Below are positions 41,401 through 58,274 of a stretch of 64,000 nucleotides of DNA, piece by piece (position 1 is the first letter of the stretch; every line of letters begins with the position of its first letter). The stretch is from the human T2T-CHM13v2.0 reference genome, Homo sapiens. Made by a program: the position numbers and the translations under genes. The notes under the pieces were generated by a model that had not been told where the DNA came from, did not search any database, and saw nothing but the letters and a program-made list of their open reading frames with translations. Location: NCBI RefSeq assembly GCF_009914755.1, contig NC_060947.1; one strand, written 5' to 3'.

Positions 41401-41728
41401 CACTCTCAAAGACTTTCCTTTCTCTTTTACTGTATTTTCAGTAGTAGTAATTTCCCAAATATAAACAAAGTATTTTTAAAGTGGAAACACATTTAACCTC
41501 TGACTAAATGAAAATATATTTATAGTTGTATTTATCTTTCTCAAAATTATAATGAAGATCATATAAATAGGAAAGGAAGGCATAATACATTGAGATAATT
41601 AGCAAAACAGAACTGAGATTCCCAGACTAACTCATGTGAAAGGAAAGACTAATTCATCTGAGAATCAAGCACCTTCTGATTAATTTCAGCACTCAAATTT
41701 CTTTCTCCACAATGTATTGCACAGACAC

Positions 41729-42093
41729 CGTATTAGTCCATTTTTCATGCTGCTGATAAAGACATACCCAAGACTGGGTAATTTACCTAGAAAAAGAGGT
41801 TTAATGGACTCATAGTTCCATGTGGTTGGGGAGGCCTCACAATCATGGTGGAAGGCGAAAGGCACATCTTACATGGTGGCAGATAAGAGAGAATGAGAGC
41901 CAAGTGTAAAGGACTTCACCTTATAGAAAGGCCATCAGATTTGTGAGACTTATTTACTACCAAGAGAACAGTATGGGGGAAACCTCCAGTATGATTCAAT
42001 TATCTCCCATCTGGTTCCTCCCACAATATCTGGGAATTATGGAAGCTACAATTTCAGATGAGATTTGGGTGGGGACAGAGCCAAACCATATCA
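41729..42093 (-). mobile_element. THE1B-like solo LTR
   Basis: gtattagtccatttttcatgctgctgataaagacatacc...ggggacagagccaaaccatatca; perfect 5-bp TSD gacac (41724-41728 and 42094-42098). Confidence 0.92.
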
Positions 42094-42519
42094 GACACTA
42101 TAAGTAATAGCACTGGATAAGCTATTTCCTACAAATCAGTGTTGGGAAATGTGGTTTATAGCTTGGGCTGCTTCTAGATAAGATTGCACATGTGAACAGT
42201 GCTGTACATGACCTTTCTCATTGACTGTAATGAGGTCACCTTGTAGGCTTTCCAACTGTTGACACATGGAATCACTTTCCATTAATTAAAACATAGCTAC
42301 AAAATATAGCCCTTGAAATGAAATCCATTATAAAGATAACTGCCCAGTACAAATTATTTGAACATTACAAAACATACTTCTTAGTCTCCTGCCTTTTGTC
42401 TCAACTTGAAAATACTATGGCCCCAAAACACTTTCAAACTGAGTGTTGTGGAGGCTTTTTCTATTATTCCTTTTCTCTTCTCTGCTTTCCTGTTCTCTCG
42501 CCTTAGCTCTTTTACCCTA

Positions 42520-43505
42520 ATTCACTGATTTCATCATTCATCCTTTCATTTAACAAACATTTTGACATTGCTTCTATGCACTACGGATAAAAATACTTGC
42601 AAAATATGCTAATATAACTTAGACTCTAGTCAGAGAGCAAGACGTATAAGTGAATAAAATTAGTACGGCAATAAGTATTGTAAGAAAAATGTGCACAAAG
42701 TATTAGGGGATGCTGAAGAGGGAGTGGCTATCTCTAATTGGTTTCAGCAGGAAAGGCTTCACAGAAGAAGCCATGTTTAAGCTCAGTCCAGATGAATGAA
42801 GAGAGCTTTCCAGACTGACAAAATGGGAAATGTATTACAAAGTAGAAATACTACGATTAAAGAATATTATTGAGGGCATGGGCTTAGCCTTATCCATCTT
42901 TTTATACATAGAACCTACTTCAGTGTCTGAAATATTACAGGAAATCAATAAATGGTACTTGTAAAAAAATGTTGTGAATTGGGAGCTAAAAATGCCTTGG
43001 ATTATTAGAGCATAAGATTAATGTGAAGGAGTGTTGAGAATGATGCTATAAAGGTAAGTTGGGAATAGATCACAAAAGATCATTAATACCAAGCTAAGGA
43101 GTTTGACCTTTACATAATGATCAGATGAAAGGCATGAGCAGGTTATAATGTAATATTGCCTGATTTAAGCAGAGCAACAGTACGAGGAAAAAACAAATTA
43201 GTAGTCTCTAGAAGTAGTCCTAGTAAGAGACAATATGCCTTGACGAAAAGAAGTAGGATTTGAGAGTAGCAGTGTGAAGAACAAAATGGATAGGAACAAA
43301 ACTTAGTGACAGTAGGACCAGTTACAAATCTATGACAATTAATAGTCCATGGAGAAGATAGGTCCTTAAGCTAACACTGTGACAGTGGAGACTAAAAAGA
43401 AGATGTGGATTTTAAAATTATTTTAAAAGGTGTAAATTCTAGGCCATGTTACCCAAAGGATGATTGTGTTTGAAAGAAAAAAAGAAGGTAGGAATGAAGG
43501 TCACT
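42520..43505 (-). mobile_element. L2 fragments
   Basis: ttcattcatcctttcatttaacaaacatt (L2 3' end), ggaaaggcttcacagaagaag and ccaagctaaggagtttgacctt. Confidence 0.6.
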
Positions 43506-43506
43506 C

Positions 43507-46432
<2,926 letters not shown>

Positions 46433-48323
46433 TAGGTTTATTTTAAGTGGTGGTATTAGATAATAATTTTGCAAATGAGAAAATGTATTTAAGTTTTGGG
46501 GATCCAGATTTCTCACTGTATGAGTATGGAATAGAAAAGTAGTATATGGAGATCTTCCCTACTTCTATAGAGAAAAATAGATACCTATACTTTATAAAAA
46601 GGCATATACTTAACAAAGGAAGACAGATAAGCATATATATCTGCTCTCTGTTATCATTCTTTTTATATTAACTTTTTATATTCTTTAAATTAAAAAAATT
46701 TATAGTTTTATTCCATTGTGATCAGAGAAAGTGCTTGATAGTATTTCAAGTTTTTTGAATGTTATAAGATTTGTTTTGTGACCTAACATATGGTCTCACC
46801 TTGAGAATGATCTATGTGCTGAGGAGAAGAATGTGTATTCTGCAGCTGTTGGATGAAATGTTCTGTGAATACCTATTAGGTCCATTTCCTCCATAGTGCA
46901 GATTAATTCCAATGTTGCTTTGCTAATTTTCCATCTTCAAGATCTGTCCAATGCTGAAAGTGGAGTGTTGAAATCTTCTCCAGCTTTTATTATATTGGGG
47001 TCTATCTCCCTCATTAGCTCTAATAATATTTGCTTTGTACATCTGGGTGCTCCAGTCTAGGGTACATATATTAATATATTTAAAATAGTTATATTCTTTA
47101 GCTGATTGACCCCTTTATCACTATTCAACGACCTTCTTTGACTCCATAGCTTTGTCTTGAAGTCTGTTTTGTGTGATGTAAGTACAGGTATTCTTGTCCT
47201 TTTTTGGCTTCCATTGGCATGAAATATCTTTTTCTATAACTTTGTTTTCAATCTGTTTGTATCTTTATAGGTGAAGTGTATTTCCTGATTGGATTGTTTG
47301 GTCTATTTACTTCCAATTTTATTATTGATAAGTAAGGGTTTACTCCTGCCATTTTTTAATTTGTTTTCTGGTTATTTTGTGGTCCTCTCTTCCTTCTTCC
47401 TTTTACTTTTTGTATACCCGTTTTATGTTTTCAAATTTGAGGTTACTGTGAGGTTTGCAAATACGGTCTTACAACCTATTATTTTAAACTGATGACAACT
47501 TGACACTGATTGCATACAGTGTCGAAAAAACAAAAAGAAAAAAATAATTAAAATGATACACTTTAACTTCATCCCCTTTTAACTTTTTGTTGTTTGTCTT
47601 AAAAAGTTGTTTTTTATTGTTTCATTGTTTAGTCTTTCTATTCAAGATATGAATAGTTTATGCACCACTTTCACAGTCTTATAATATTCTGTGTTTTTCT
47701 GTGTGCTTACTGTTACCAGTGTGTTTTGTGCCTTCAGATGATTTCTTATTGCTCATTAACATCGCCTTCTTTCAGATTGAAGTACTTCCTTTAGCATTCT
47801 TTGTAGGACAGGCCTGGTGTTAATGAAACCCCTCATCTTTTGTTATTCTAGAAAAGTTTTTATTTGTCCTCCATGCTTAAAGGATATTTTCACTAGATAT
47901 ACTATTCTAGGGTAAAAGTTTTTTCCTTCGTCACTTTAAATATTTCATGCCACTCTCTCCTGGCTGGTCATATTCTACTGAAAAGTCTGCTGAAGACAGA
48001 TTGGACCTCCATATTATATTATTTGTTCTTTCTTTTCTCTTGCTGCTTTTCAGATCCTTTCATTATCTTTGACTTTTGGAAGTGTGATTATAAATGCCTT
48101 GAGGTAGTCTTCTTTGGCATAAACCTGCTTTGTGTTCTATAACCTTTTCGAACTTGAATATTGATATTTTTCTGTAGGTTTGGGAAGTTCTCTGTTATTA
48201 TCTCTTCAAATAAACTTTCTGCCACTATCTCTTTCACTATCTCCCCATTAAGGTCAATATCTTTTAGATTTGGCTTTTGAGGCTATTTTCTAGATCTCGT
48301 AAGCATGCTTCATTCTTTTATAT

Positions 48324-51300
48324 ATTTTATTATACTTTAAGTTCTGGGGTACATGTGCAGAACATGCAGATTAGTTACATAGGTATAAACGTGCCATGGT
48401 GGTTTGCTGCACCCATCAACCTGTCATCTACATTAGGTATTTCTCCTGTTATCCCTCCCTTAGCCTCCCCACCCCAAAACAGTCCCCAGTATGTGATGTT
48501 CCCCTCCCTGTGTCCTGTGTCCATCTGTTCTCATTGTTCAACTCCCACTTGTGAGTGAGAACATGCGGTGTTGGTTTTCTGTTACTGTGTTAGTTTGCTG
48601 AGAATGATGGTTTCTAGCTTCATCCATGTCCCTGCAAAGGATATGAACTCATCCTTTTTTATGGCTGCATAGTATTCCATGGTGTATATGTGCCACATTT
48701 TCTTTATCCAGTCTATCACTGATGGGCATTTGGGTTGGTTCCAAGTCTTTAGTATTGCGAATAGTGCTTCAATAAACATACGTGTGCATATGTCTTTATA
48801 GTAGAATGATTTATAATCCTCTGTGTATATACCCAGTAATGGGATGGCTGGGTCAAATGGTATTTCTAGTTCTAGATCCTTAAGGAATTGCCACACTGTC
48901 TTCCACAATGGTTGAACTAATTTAAACTCCCATCAACAGTGTAAAAGTGTTCCTATTTCTCCATATCCTCTCCAGCATCTCTTGTTTCCTGACTTTTAAT
49001 GATCACCATTCTAACTGGCATGGGATGGTATCTCATTGTGGTTTTGATTTGCATTTCTCTAATGACCACTGATGATGAGCTTTTTTTCATATGTTTATTG
49101 GCCACATAAATGTGTTCTTTTGAGAACTTTCTGTTCGTATCCTTTGCCGACTTTTTGATGGGGTTGTTTTTCTCTTGTAAATTTAAGTTCTTTGTAGATT
49201 CTGGATATTAGCTCTTTGTCAGATGGATAGATTACAAAAATGTTCTCCCATTCGGTAGGTTGCCCGTTCACTCTGATAACAGTTTCTTTTGCTGTGCATA
49301 AGCTCTTTAGCTTAATTAGATTCCATTTGTCAATTTTGGATTTGTTGCCATTGCTGTTGGTGTTTTAGTCATGAAGTCTTTGCCCATGCCTATGTCCTGA
49401 ATGGTATTGCCTAGGTTTTCTTCTAGGGTTTTTATGGTTTTAGGTCTTATGTTTAAGTCTATAATCCATCTTGTGTTCATTTTTGTATAAGGTGTAAGGA
49501 AGGGATCCAGTTTCAGCTTTCTGCATATGGCTAGCCAGTTTTCCCAAGACCATTTATTAAATAGGGAATCCTTTCCTTGTTGCTTGTTTTTGTCAGGTTT
49601 GTTGAAGATCAGATGGTTGTAGATGTGTGGAGTTCTTTCTGAGGCCTCTGTTCTGTTCCATTGGTCTATATGTCTGTTTTGTTACCAGTACCATGCTGTT
49701 TTGGTTACTGTAGACTTGTAGTATAGTTTGAAGTCAGGTAGCATGATGCCTCTAGTTTGTTCTTTTGCTTAGGATTGTCTTGGCTATGCAGGCTCTTTTT
49801 TGGTTCCATATGAAATTTAAAGCAGTTTTTTCCAACTCTGTGAAGAAAGTCAATGGTAGCTTGATGGGGATAGCATTGAATCTATAAATTACTTTTGGCA
49901 GTATGGCCATTTTCACAGTACTGATTCTTCCTATCCATGATCATGGAATGTTTTTCCATTTGTTTGTGTCCTCTCTTATTTCCTTGAGCAGTGGTTTGTA
50001 GTTCTTCTTGAGGAGGTCCTTCACATCCCTTGTAAGTTGTATTCCTAGGTGTTTTATTCTCTTTGTAGCAATTGTGAATGGGAGTTCACTCATGATTTGG
50101 CTGTCTGTCTGTTATTGGTGTATGGAATGCTTTTGATTTTTGCACATTGATTTTGTATCCTGAGACTTTCTTGAAGTTGCTTCTCAGCTTAAGGAGATTT
50201 TGGGCTGAGATCATGGGGTTTTCTAAATATACAATCATGTCATCTGCAAACAGACAATTTGACTTCCTCTTTTACTAATTGAATACCCTTCATTTCTTTC
50301 TCTTGCCTGATTGGTCTGGCCAGAACTTCCGATACTGTGTTGAAAAGGAGTGGTGAGAGCAGACATCCTTGTTTTGTGCCGGTTTTCAAAGGGAATGCTT
50401 CCAGTTTTTGCCCATTCAGTATGATAGTGGCTGTGGGTTTGTCATAAATAGCTCTTATTATTTTGAGATACGTTCCATCAATACCTAGTTTATTGAGAGT
50501 TTTTAGCATGAAGGGGTGTTGAATATTGTCAAAGGTCTTTTATGTATCTATTGAGATAATCATGTGGTTTTTGTCATTGGTTCTGTTTACATAATGGATT
50601 ACGTTTATTGATTTGTGTATGTTGAACCAGGCTTGCATTCCAGGGATGAAGCTGACTTGATCGTGCTGGATAAGCTTTTTGATGTGCTGCTGGATTTGGT
50701 TTACCAGTATTTTATTGAGGATTTTCACATCAATGTTCACCAGGGAGATTGACCTGAATTTTTTGTTGTTGTTGTTGTCTCTGCCAGGTTTTGGTATCAG
50801 AATGATCCTTGCCTCATAAAATGAGTTAGGGAGGAGTCCCTCTTTTTCTATTGTTTGGAATAGTCTCAGAAGGAATGGTACCAGCTCCTCTTTGTACCTC
50901 TGGTAGAATTCGGCTGTGAATCCGTCTGGTCCTGGACTTTTTTTGGTTGGTTGGTTAATAGCTGTCTCAGTATCAGAACTTGTTATTGGTCTATTCAGGA
51001 ATTTGACTTCTTCCTGGTTTGGTCTTGGGAGGGTGTATATGTTCAGGAACGTAACCATTTCTTCTAGATTTTCTAGTTTATTTGCATAGAGGTGTTAATA
51101 GTATTCTCTGATGGTGGTTTGTATTTCTGTGGGATCAGTGGTGATATCCCCTTTATCATTTTTTATTGCATCTATTTGATTCTTCTCTCTTTTCTTCTTT
51201 ATTAGTCTGGCTACTGGTCTATTTTGTTGATCTTTTAAAAAAAAACAGCTCCTTGATTCATTGATTTTTTGAAGGGTTTTTCATGTCTCTATCTCCTTCA

Positions 51301-54300
51301 GTTCTTCTCGGATCTTAGTTACTTCTTGCCTTCTGCTAGCTTTTGAATTTGTTTGCTCCTGCTTCTCTAGTTCTTTTAAATGTGATGTTAGGGTCTTGAC
51401 TTTAGATCTTTTCTGCTTTCTCTTGTGGGCATCTAGTGCTATAAATTTCCTCTAAACACTGCTTTAAATGTGTCCCAGAGATTCCAGTACATTGTGTCTT
51501 TGTTCTCATTGTTTTTAAAGAATATCTTTATTTCTGCCTTCATTTTGTTATTTACCTAGTAGTCATTCAGGAGCAGGTTGTTCAGTTTCCATATAATTGT
51601 GCAGTTTTGGGTGAGTTTCTTAATCCTGAGTTCTAATTTGATTGCACTGTGGTCTGAGTACTGTTTGTTATGATTTCTCTTCTTTTGCATTTGCTCAGGA
51701 GTGTTTTACTTCCAATTACGTGGTCAGTTTTAGAATAAGTACGATGTAGTGCTGAGAAGAATGTATATTCTGTTGATTTGGGGTGGAGAGATCTGTAGAT
51801 GTCTACTAGGTCCTCTTGGTCCAGAGCTGAGTTCAAGTCCTGGATATCTTTGTTAATTTTCTGTCTCATTGATCTGTCTCATATTGACAGTGGTGTGTTA
51901 AAGTCTCCTACTATTATAGTGTGGGAGTCTAAGTCACTTTGTAGGTCTCCAAGAACTTGCTTTATGAACCTGGGTCCTCCTGTATTGGGTGCATATATAT
52001 TTAGGATAGTTAGCTCTTCTTGTTGCCTTGATCCTTTTACCGTTATGTAATACCCTTGTCTCTTTTAATATTTGTTGGTTTAAAGTATGTTTTATCAGAG
52101 CCTAGGATTGCAACCCCTGCTTGCTTTGCTTTCCATTTGCTTGATAAATATTCCTCCATACCTTTATTTTGAGCCTATGTGTGTCTTTGCATGTGAGATG
52201 GGTGTCCTGAATACAGCACACCAAAGGTCTTGACTCTTTATCCAATTTGCCAGTCTGTGTCTTTTAATTGTGGCATTTAGCCCATTGACATTTAAGGTTA
52301 ATATTGTTATGTGTGAATTTGATCCTGCCTTTATGATGCTAGCTGGTTATTTTGCCTGTTAGTTGATGCAGTTTCTTCATAGCATCAATGATCTTTACAA
52401 TTTGGTATATTTTTGTAGTGGCTGGTACTGTTTGATTCTTTCCATGTTTAGTGCTTTCTTCAGGAGCTCTTGTAAGGCAGGCCTGGTAGTGACAAAATCT
52501 CTCAGCATTTCCTTGTCTGTAAATGATTTTACTTCTCCTTCACTTATGAAGCTTTATTCGGCTGGATATGAAATTCTGGGTTGAAAATTCTTCTCTTTAA
52601 GAATGTTGAATATTGGCCGCCACTCTCTTCTGGCTTGTGGGGTTTCTGCTGAGAGATCTGCTGTTAGTCTGATGGGCTTCCCTTTGTGGGTAACCTGACC
52701 TTTCTCTCTGGCTGTCCTTAGGATTTTTTCCTTCATTTCAACCTTAGTGAATCTGATGATTATGTGTCTTGGGGTTGCTCTTCTCGAGGAGTATCTTTGT
52801 AGTGTTCTCTATATTTTCTGAATTTGAATGTTGACCTCCTTGCTAGGTTGGGGGAAGTTCTCCTGGATAATATCCTGGGGAGTGTTTTCCAACTTGGTTC
52901 CATTCTCCCTGTCACTTTCAGGTACACCAATCAAATGTAGATTTGGTCTTTTCATATAGTCCCACATTTCTCAGAGCGTTTGTTCATTTCTTTTCACTCT
53001 GTTTTCTCTAATCTTGTCTTCTTGCTTTATTTCATTGAGATGATCTTCACTCTGATATCCTTTCTTCCACTTGATCGATTTGGCTATTGATACTTGTGTA
53101 CTCTTCACAAAGTTCTCTTGCTGTGTTTTTCAGCTCCATCTGGTCATTTATGTTCTTCTCTAAACCGGTTATTCTAGTTAGCAATTTGTCTAACTTTTTT
53201 TCAAGGTTCTTAGCTTCCTAGCATAGGGTTAGAACATGCTCCTTTAGCTCGGAGGAGTTTGTTATTACCCACCTTCTGAAGCCTACTTCTGTCAACTCAT
53301 CAAACTCATTCTTTGTCCAGTTTTGTTCCCTTGCTGGCGAGGAGTTGTGATTCTTTGGAGGAAATGTCTGGTTTTTGGAATTTTCATCCTTTTTGCACTG
53401 GTTTCTCCTCATCTTCGTGGATTTATCTACCTTTGGTCTTTGAAGTTGGTGATCTGCGGCTGGGGTCTCTGAGTGGATGTCCTTTTTGTTGATGTTGATA
53501 CTATTCCTTTCTGTTTGTTAGTTTTCCTTCTAACAGTCATGCCCCTCTGTTGCAGGTCTGCTGGAATTTGCTGAAGGTCCACTCCAGACCCTGTTTGCCT
53601 GGGTATCACCGTCAGAGGCTGCAGAACAGCAAAAATTGCTGCCTGTTCCTTCTTCTGGAAGCTTCATCCCAGAGGGGCACCTGCCAGATGCCAGCCAGCG
53701 CTCTCCTGTATGAGGTGTCTGTCGGTCCCTACTAGGAGGTGTCTCCCAGTCATGATACACGGGGGTCAGGGACCCACTTGAGGAGGCAGTCTGTCCCTTA
53801 TCAGAGCTTGAATGCTGTGCTGGGAGATCTGCTGCTCTGTTCAGAGCTGCCAGGCAGGGACGTTTAAGTCTGCTAAAGCTGTGCCCCCAACCGCCCCTTC
53901 CCCCAGGTGCTCTATCCCAGGGAGGTAGGGGTTTTATCTATACATGTCTGACTGGGGCTGCTGCCTTTTTTTCTGAGATGCCCTGCCCAGAGAGGAGGGA
54001 ATCTGGAGAGTCAGTCTGGCCACAGTGGCCTTGCTGATCTATGGTTGTCTCCGCCCAATTCAAACTACCCGGCAGCTTTCTTTACACTGTGAGGGTAAAG
54101 CCGCCTACTGGAGCCTCAGCAATGGTGGACACCCCTCCCCTCACCAATCTCGAGCATCCCAGGTTGAGCTCAGACTGCTGTGCTAGCAGTGAGTATTTCA
54201 AGCCAGTGGATCTTAGCTTGCTGGGCTCCATGGGGGTGGGACCCCCCAACAAGCCAGACCACTTGGCTCCCTGGCTTCAGCCCCCTTTCCAGGGGAGTGA

Positions 54301-54751
54301 ACAGTTCTGTGTTACTGGCGTTCCGGGTGCCAGTGGGGTATGTGGGGGAAAAAAAAAAACAAAAAAAAACTCCTGCGGTTAGCTTGGCGTCTGCCCAAAT
54401 GGCCACCCAGTTTTGTGCTGGAATCGGAGAGCCCTGGTGGCGTGGACACGGGAGTGAGTCTCCTGGTCTGCGGGTTGCAAAGACCACAGGAAAAGTGCAG
54501 TATCTGGGCTGGAGTGCACAGTACATTCCCTGATGGCTTCCCTTGGCTAGGAGAGGGAGTTCACCGACATCTTGCACTTCCCACTGTGCTTCAGCTAGCC
54601 CTCCTTGGGCAGCACCCACTGCCCAACCAGTCCCAGTGAGATGAACTGTGTACCTCAGTTGAAAATGCAGAAATCACCCACCTTGTGCATCAATCTCGCT
54701 GGGAGCTTTAGACCAGAGCTGTTCCTATTTGGCCATCTTGCCAGCAGTTCC
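48324..54751 (-). mobile_element. Full-length (~6.4 kb) but disabled L1PA7-like LINE-1
   Basis: 5' end ggcaagatggccaaataggaacagctc; ORF1 MRRNQ...EFDELTEVGFRRWVITNSSELKEHVLT; ORF2 fragments broken by stops and frameshifts; L1PA7-type 3'UTR; imperfect TSD tcttttatat (48314-48323) / tcttttgtat (54752-54761). Confidence 0.92.
54731..54740 (-). promoter_or_regulatory. YY1 site of the L1 5'UTR internal promoter
   Basis: CAAGATGGCC on the - strand at the canonical position just inside the L1 5' end. Confidence 0.7.
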
Positions 54752-57700
54752 TCTTTTGTATTCTTTATTCATCTGTCTCCTCTGACTGTGTATTTTCAAA
54801 TACACTGCCTTCAAACTCACTAATTATCCTGCTTGATTGGTTCTGCTATTAAGAGACTCTGATGTGTTCTTCAGTATGTAAATTTTATTTTTCAACTCTA
54901 GAATTTCTGCTTGATTCTTGTTAATTATTTCAGTCTCTTTGTTACATTTATCTGATAGAATTCTGAATTCCTTTTCTGTGTTATCTTGAATTTCTTTGAG
55001 TTTCCTCAACACTGCTATTTTCAATTCTCTGTTTGAAAGGTCACATAACTGTTTCTCCAGGAGTGTCCCTGGTGCCTTATTTATTTGATGAGGCCATGTT
55101 TTCCTGGATGGGCTTGATTTTTATATAAGTTGGTCAGTGTCTGGGCACTGAAGAATTACTTATTTTGTCTTTGCAGTCTGGGCTCATTTGTACTCATCCT
55201 TCTTGGGAAGACTTTCCAGGTATTCAAAGGGATTTGGGTCCCAAGCACAATAAAGCTGTGGTTCTTACAGACCCCTAGAGTTATTACCTTTGTGGTCTTG
55301 GGAAAGATATGGAAGAATTCTCTGGCCTACCAGTCAGGTACTCTTGTTCTCTTTTCTTACTTTCTTCTAAACAGAGTATCTCTCTGCTGAGTTGCCTGGA
55401 GCTAGGGATGGGTGGATGCAAGCACCTCTGTGGCGACCACCACTGGGACTGTGCTGAGTCAGAGGTGAAGCCAGCACAACACTGAATCTCATGCAAGGCC
55501 TGCTATAACCACTACCTGGATATTGCCTATGTTCAATCAAGGCTTTAGCGCTCTACAATCAGAAGATGGTGAAATCATCCAGGTTTGTGTCTTTCCCGTC
55601 AGGGCAGCTAGTTCCCCCAGGCCCCAGGGAAGTTCCAAGATGCTATCTGGGAGCCAAGGATTGAAGTTAAAAACCTTAGAAATCTACCTGGTGCCCTATT
55701 CTACTGCAGCTAAGCTGGCACGCAAACACAAGACAAAGTCCTTCAGGCTCTTCCCTCCCCTTTCCGTAGTTAGAGGAGCTTCTTCCCATGACTACCGCCA
55801 CCACCAGCCAATGCAGAATTCTGCCAGGCCACTGCTGACGTTCACTTAAAGCCGAAGTGCTCTGCAGTCTTCAGTCAGTTTGTGGTGAACGCTGGCAGGT
55901 CTAAGGCTCACCCTTCAGGGCAGTGGGCTCCCCTCTAGCCCAAGGCAGGTCCAAAAATGCTAAGAACCTAGGCTTAGAATTGGGGACCCCAAGAGCTCAC
56001 TTGGAGCTCTCACTGTGGCCAAGCTGGCACTGAAGGTGCAAGACAAAGTCCCCTTTACTTTTCCCTATGCTTTTCTTAAGCAAAAGTATTTCACCAAAGC
56101 CACAATAAGTGGGAATGTTCTGAGTCTCACCTAAACTTAGCATGTCTCAGTCTCCCCCAAGGCCCATGGCATACTACCTGGGTATCGCTGTTGGTTCTTC
56201 AGGGCCCAGCAACTGTTTTTTCAGCAGGTGATTAGTCCTGCCAGGACTGGGTCCTTCTCTTCAAGGCAGCCAAGTTGCCTTGTGACCCAGGGTGTTTCTA
56301 AAAATGTCATTCAGAAGCTAAGGCCTGGAATGGGTTCCTCACAACTGTAACCAATGTCCTGTCTTGCTACTTCTGAACTGGTATAGAAAATGCAAAACAA
56401 AGTCTTCTTTTCTCTTCACTCTTCCCTCTCCTCTCCTCTCCTCAAGCAAAAGGAGTCACTTTCATTGCTGTGAGCTGCACTGTCTGTGGTTGGGGGGAGG
56501 GGTGGCACAAGCACTACCTTAGCCACAACAACTGGTAAGTCCTCAGGTCATGTGCCACCCTAGTCCTCTGGGTCTAAGCCCAGCGTAGCACTAGGAGTTG
56601 CCTAGGAATCACAGTCCTTGTGTCCCAGACTGGCTTTCAAGCCTAGGACCCCAGAGTACATTAGCCTGTGGTGTCAAGGCTTGCCCAGAAACTCAAGTTC
56701 CGACTGCCGGGATGGGTGACTCCCCTCTGGTTAGGTCTGGTCCAAATGCTCCCTCCATGGCAGGCACCAGCTGCGCCCAGCACAACCCTGCTCTTCACTG
56801 TGACAGAGCAGCACTGAGTTCAGGCAAAGTCCCCCAGATGCTACACTCTCCCTCCTCCATGTGCACGGATTCTGTCGGTGCATTACAAGGCTGCTGCTGG
56901 AGGCTGGTAGAGGAGTGGCATCAGAGATGCCAGACTGTCTTTCCTACTCACGCCAGTGCCTCTTTCAATGATATGAAGTTAAAACCAAGTACTATGATCG
57001 CTCACCTAATTTTTGGTTCTTATGAGGGTGCTTTTTTGTGAGTAGTTTGTTATTAAAACTTGGCATTACTGCAGTCGGGGGACAATCAGTGGAGGCTTCT
57101 GTTCATACATCTTGCTGCCAACCCAAGATTTCTTTATTGTCATTTTGGTGCTTAGAATATATGTGTTCAAGTTAACAGATTTATTTTTTGTCTGTGTTTA
57201 CCAATTTTATATATTGCATTCATTTATCTCTGTGTACATTTTAGTGTTTGTTTTTTTCCCCAATCTTTTGGATTCACTTCAATTTTTGAATATGTAGAAT
57301 AGTCACATGAATATAAGTCAAAATTATTACTCAATACTCATCATCAGTTCTTTTGCCTATCAGCAGCTATGTCTTGATTGAATAAAGCCAGTCTTCTACT
57401 AGATTCATCTGTAAGAATTTCTGAATGCAATATTATCTGAGTAAGTCAAATGACTGAAACTGGTTTTCTATAGCCTTGAAAGTGAAATGACAATTTTGTT
57501 AGATATAAAAGCTTTGTCTTATAGTTTATTTATTTAAGGTTATTTTTGTGTGTTTGTTTTTGTTTTTAATAAAGTTTCACTGTTGACTTGCATTGTGACT
57601 GGTGGTTGAGAAGACATACCAACTTGATTTTCTCTTCTGTGTAAATGACTCATTTTTCCCCATCCCCAAAAGACCTGAAGATGTAATCTTCATATTTAAG

Positions 57701-57982
57701 GTCTAAAAATTTTATTAGAATATCTCAATGTAGACAACTCAGTCATCACAAGAAGTCTTTTAAATATTTAGATTCATATTATCTTTTAACTATGAAAAAG
57801 CTATGTCTTATTGTCTTGTTTTTCTTCTTTAAGGATTTAAATTATAAGTATGTGGTATTTTCCTTGCTTATCTGCTACTTTAGTTCTCTCATATAATTTT
57901 TATCTCTTCATTATTATGTTTTAATTTTCTTGGTTGTTTTTCCACCCATTTTTATTGGGGTAAAACTTACATATATGTAAAC

Positions 57983-57984
<2 letters not shown>

Positions 57985-58034
<50 letters not shown>
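57985..58034. repeat. Perfect (TA)25 microsatellite
   Basis: 50 bp of uninterrupted TA. Confidence 0.95.
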
Positions 58035-58040
<6 letters not shown>

Positions 58041-58274
58041 AAACAAATTATAAAATAAATTACACCAGTTTTAGGTATACAATTGTATGCAATAATATAA
58101 TGAGCAATGACCATAATTAAAATATAGACTATTACCATCCTGCTATTAAGTTTTATTATTACCCTTTACATTCAATCTCATCCCACAAACCACAGCCCTA
58201 GATGCCAACTAATATACTAATATGCTTCCTAATGCTATATTTTTGACTTCTCTAGAGTTCCATGCAAATGGATA

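Larger units (their letters stand above)
46695..57124 (-). mobile_element. L1MA1-3-like older element (5'UTR, ORF1, EN domain; 3'-truncated), split by L1PA7
   Basis: 5' start on - (ggcagcaagatgtatgaacagaagcctcc, about 57091-57119); ORF1 peptide LRKLKEIQDNTEKEFRILSDK (54824-55024); EN remnant SDHNGIKL near 46705; sequence colinear across the L1PA7 insertion. Confidence 0.8.

Noticed and set aside
54041-54823. Cluster of overlapping 100-150-aa ORFs
   Set aside because: They lie in the GC-rich L1PA7 5'UTR, where stop codons are rare; no recognisable protein
56598-57041. 147-aa ORF
   Set aside because: Antisense of a GC-rich old L1 5'UTR with a non-ATG start
57914-58138. ORF with an IYIYIY run
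   Set aside because: It is the translation of the (TA)n microsatellite
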